Shown piece by piece: positions 60,874 through 64,000 of a stretch of DNA of 64,000 nt (position 1 is the first letter of the stretch; every line of letters starts with the position of its first letter). Source of the stretch: Cystobasidiomycetes sp. EMM_F5 (lineage: Eukaryota). The position numbers and the translations under genes were made by a program. The notes beneath the pieces are model-generated. The model saw nothing but the letters and a program-made list of their open reading frames with translations, was not told where the DNA came from and made no database searches. The stretch spans positions 1 through 64,000 of the forward strand of contig JBPGPT010000034.1 in assembly GCA_051047955.1 (NCBI GenBank), in the 5' to 3' direction.

Positions 60874-62843
60874 ATGGCTACGAATCCCAAATATGCCCTC
60901 CGCGGAACTGACCCATCAGCCTCGCCGACGCACTGGAAGAAGCGCATCAGAGGCGTCACTTGGGCGTTCGTAGATGTAGCTTCATACTAGAGAGTATCCC
61001 TACTAAGATCTTGTCTACTGTCTGTCAAATATAGGACGTATACATCCGTCATGGGAACGAACGGCGCAGCCTACCTGATTTACGAGTTGCCGTACGATGG
61101 TAGGTGAGACGTACAGGAAACGTCAACTTGGACTTAGTATAATCTGCTTTTTCAGTGACTTGGAAGCTCGTACTCTCTAAAATCATCTACATCTTCAATC
61201 TGGTTCTGTTTACGGTCTTGACCGTGTGTATCATAACAAGATTCTGTATGTATCCGCGAGCCTTGAAGAGCTCCTTTCTGCACCCCGTCGAGAGCGCTTT
61301 CATACCATGCTTTCCCCTGGCGCTGGCCACACTCACTTCGAACGCTATCAGTCTAGGTGGACCATCAACGGGCTACTGGCTCGCAACAGTTTGCGTCGTC
61401 TTATTTTTCGTATACTGCACACTGTCGTGTCTGTGCGCAATCTTCGTGCCCATACTGCAGTAGGATATACATTTACACCGGATGGGGCTTCGTACCGATC
61501 TAACGGAATACTTTTTAGATGGCACAAGCAGTCGCACACGATAGACAAATTCATGCCTGCTGCCATTCTTCCACCGATGGGTGTCGTGTTTGCCGGTGCT
61601 CTGGCATACTCAATCACTGTATGCTAGATCTGGACTGCGCGAAACGCGTTCGGTGCTGATTGTTCTCCCTCAATCTTGCAGGAGCGAACGCCAGAATACA
61701 CATCGATTTATATCATCATCGTTGGGCACGTCATCATGTCAATTGGCGTCTTTACTGGCTTGATATGTGAGAAGAAGAGAGCTATCCGCATGGCTACGGC
61801 GTCCTACTGAGAGCATTACCAACGAAAGATGATGCATATTTCACGATGCGCATGCTGCATGGCGGCATGATTGCGCCCGAGCAGGCGCCGACAATGCTTA
61901 GTACGGCGCTTGCGGTCTCTGCGTTTATATCTCTAGTTCTGACAGACAGCTTGTGATCAGTACAAGTGGGCCCCATCGCATGGGCTGCCTATGGCTTCAT
62001 TGGACTGGGGTATCGAGCTTCGACCGTTTTCCCCGCCCACATGCCCCAATTTGCGCAAAACGCAATGTCTGGTTCTATATTTGAAGTCACTGGCATCTAT
62101 CTTGGTGCGTGTACTGAAAATAGCCAGCACCATGCACGCTAACGCATTGATAAGTAGGCCTCATGCTGTGGGCGTTGTCGTAGGCAGATCTTTAGGTCCA
62201 ACTCCCGCGCCGTCTGATACCTTGAGCTGTCTTCGACAGATGGTGGTTAACTCTCACGTCGTACGTATGGATCCTGACGTGTTTCTGGCGTCGAAAATTT
62301 GCGTGGAGTGTGGTGCACTGGTATGTCTGTTTACTTGCTGCCACAAGCGTCACCATCGTAATGAAATAATCATTTAGGGGCTTGACATTTCCCGTTGCTG
62401 GGTTGATATCGACTACAGTAAGCAATCTACCATCTCCTTCAGGCAACAAGGCTAACATGTCGTGATGGCCAACAGCTAATTCTGGGCCAGCGCCTGGATT
62501 CCGGGTAAGACGTGCACGCATCTTCTGATGCTCGTCCTGGTCTCACTGCTTCATGTGCAGATTTCTTCGTACTCTTGGGACTGTGAAAGTCGTGATATGG
62601 CTAATCAGCTGGTTATGGGCGCTATTTGCGAGCATAGTCGGTATCTGCAAGGGAGAGATATTTGCCGAAGGCAAGGACCAAAATGCCCCAACTCCTGACT
62701 ACTTAGGCGAATTCTACAGGGTAGAGTCGGACAAGTCGGCCACCGAAGAAGGCCGGACAGATTCACCAAGAGGTAACGGCCATGTAACGCGGAATGCGCA
62801 GACTGTTCGAGAAAGAGGCGTCGCGAGTCAATCACATGTGTAA
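60874..62843 (+). CDS. SLAC1/TDT-family C4-dicarboxylate (malate) transporter, Mae1-like
   Basis: WKKRIRGVTWA|TYTSVMGTNG (cf. RLRHFTWAW), RFCMYPRALKSSFLHPVESAFIP, PAAILPPMG, VGPIAW, and W..TFPVAG. Confidence 0.88.
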
Positions 62844-62932
62844 TGGACCCATCACTCAACATGTAAAATAGTAGCATTACACATCAGTAGCATCCTCGCG
62901 GCGCCAGCACCGTATGCCATAGTAACCAGCAC

Positions 62933-64000
62933 TCATGAGCGCCTGGGGATTGATTGGCCAGTGTTCCGACCTTTCTTCTTCTGACGTGCTTGCTCCTTCC
63001 TGACTGCATTGTTGAATTTGCCTTTACCGTGTGGAGTGACCTCCGAACCGCCTGGTAGACCATTTGTGTGTACAAGCTCTGCATCAACAGCACGACCAGG
63101 TGCTCTCTTTTCGCGCTTGAGAGCACGAAGTTGGTCGTATCCGTCCGCTTGACCAGTCTTCTTGCGCTTGGCGATACTGCCCAGAATGTCGTCGAATTCT
63201 GATTCGATGCCCGGAGCACGTCGTCCTCGTACGCCCTTGGATCCAGCCATGAGATCCTCTCTGGTTCCTGTCCCGCCTAGCGCAATCTCCTCCTCGTCCA
63301 TTCGTCTCCGTTTCGAATCCTTCTTTGTCATAAACAAGCGTGTCATATTCTCCTCCTCGTACCGCGTAATCTCGGCAAGCTTTGCGGCCTTTCGAGATTG
63401 CAACGCCGGCGTTATCGACAGACCAGATGTGGACTCCATATATGGGTTGGAGGCCGATTGTACGAGCGATGTGGCCATATCCCGTACGAGGGCATTCGGA
63501 GCTGGTTTGCGTACTTTCTTGCCTGTAAGGTCAAGTCATATGAGTATGTAACCTCAAAAAAGCCGAAGTAGGGTTCTCGACCCACCCCTTGTGTCCTCAT
63601 TATATGCAACAGGAGCCAGCCTCGGTGGTCGATAGATGCCGTCGCTCGGCCCAGCAACACCTTTCACGCCGCCGTCTTCGTCTGAGCCTGCGTCCGGGTC
63701 GTCTTGACCAGCGAGGGCAGCAGGGTTGGGCTTGAAAGCGAGGGGATCTGAGTGAAGAGAAGATCTCAACCTAGACACTTGTTCGCAAGCCATCCTTTCC
63801 ATCTTACCATTTGCAATCTCCTCGTCTCTGATGCCACTACCGCCATTCTCCGCTTCCTGCCTGTCGGCCGCATCTGCTCGACTGACAAGTTTGTCAATCT
63901 GGTAGCGGAGTTTCGTCTCGAGGGGCTTGATCTTTTCGAGAATGACACGCTGGCGTACGAGCTGTTCGACCAGACTGGATCTCACCCTGTCGTCCGAGTC
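62933..64000 (-). CDS. LCP5: U3 snoRNP / SSU processome protein Lcp5 (neuroguidin), 5' part outside window
   Basis: LVRQRVILEKIKPLETKLRYQIDKLV, DPLAFKPNP, GIYRPPRLAPV and RYEEENMTRL. Confidence 0.9.

Overview
Gene-dense, intron-rich eukaryotic (fungal) DNA. The short GT-AG introns with CTRAC-like branch points and the gene set (FAN1, GH9, complex I) suggest a basidiomycete yeast, which is an inference. About 25 spliced protein-coding genes can be read: asparaginase-fold enzyme (partial), RPL22, CBF5, Atg38-like protein, CHO2, JmjC protein, CDC20, MSH3, POL5, ABD1, GH9 glucanase, GLR1, FAN1, TAF6, ADP1, SAK1/TOS3-like kinase, rhomboid, Pin3/Lsb1-like Q/P/Y-rich protein, BMT6, LSC2, MPE1, complex I 30 kDa subunit, DUF1275, MAE1-like transporter and LCP5 (partial). 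Many sit head-to-head with 150-500 bp spacers. No transposons, CRISPR arrays, tRNAs or rRNAs were seen. The best hidden signals are: (1) a box C/D snoRNA with a 12-nt 25S rRNA antisense element in the last MSH3 intron; (2) a candidate CUG-initiated mitochondrial isoform of glutathione reductase; (3) an asparaginase with an altered active-site motif (RGTND); (4) a divergent DUF1275 / MAE1 pair that may be an organic-acid export module; (5) an unexplained, structured and apparently spliced 1 kb downstream of CBF5. Gene models were spliced by eye, so boundaries are approximate where stated.
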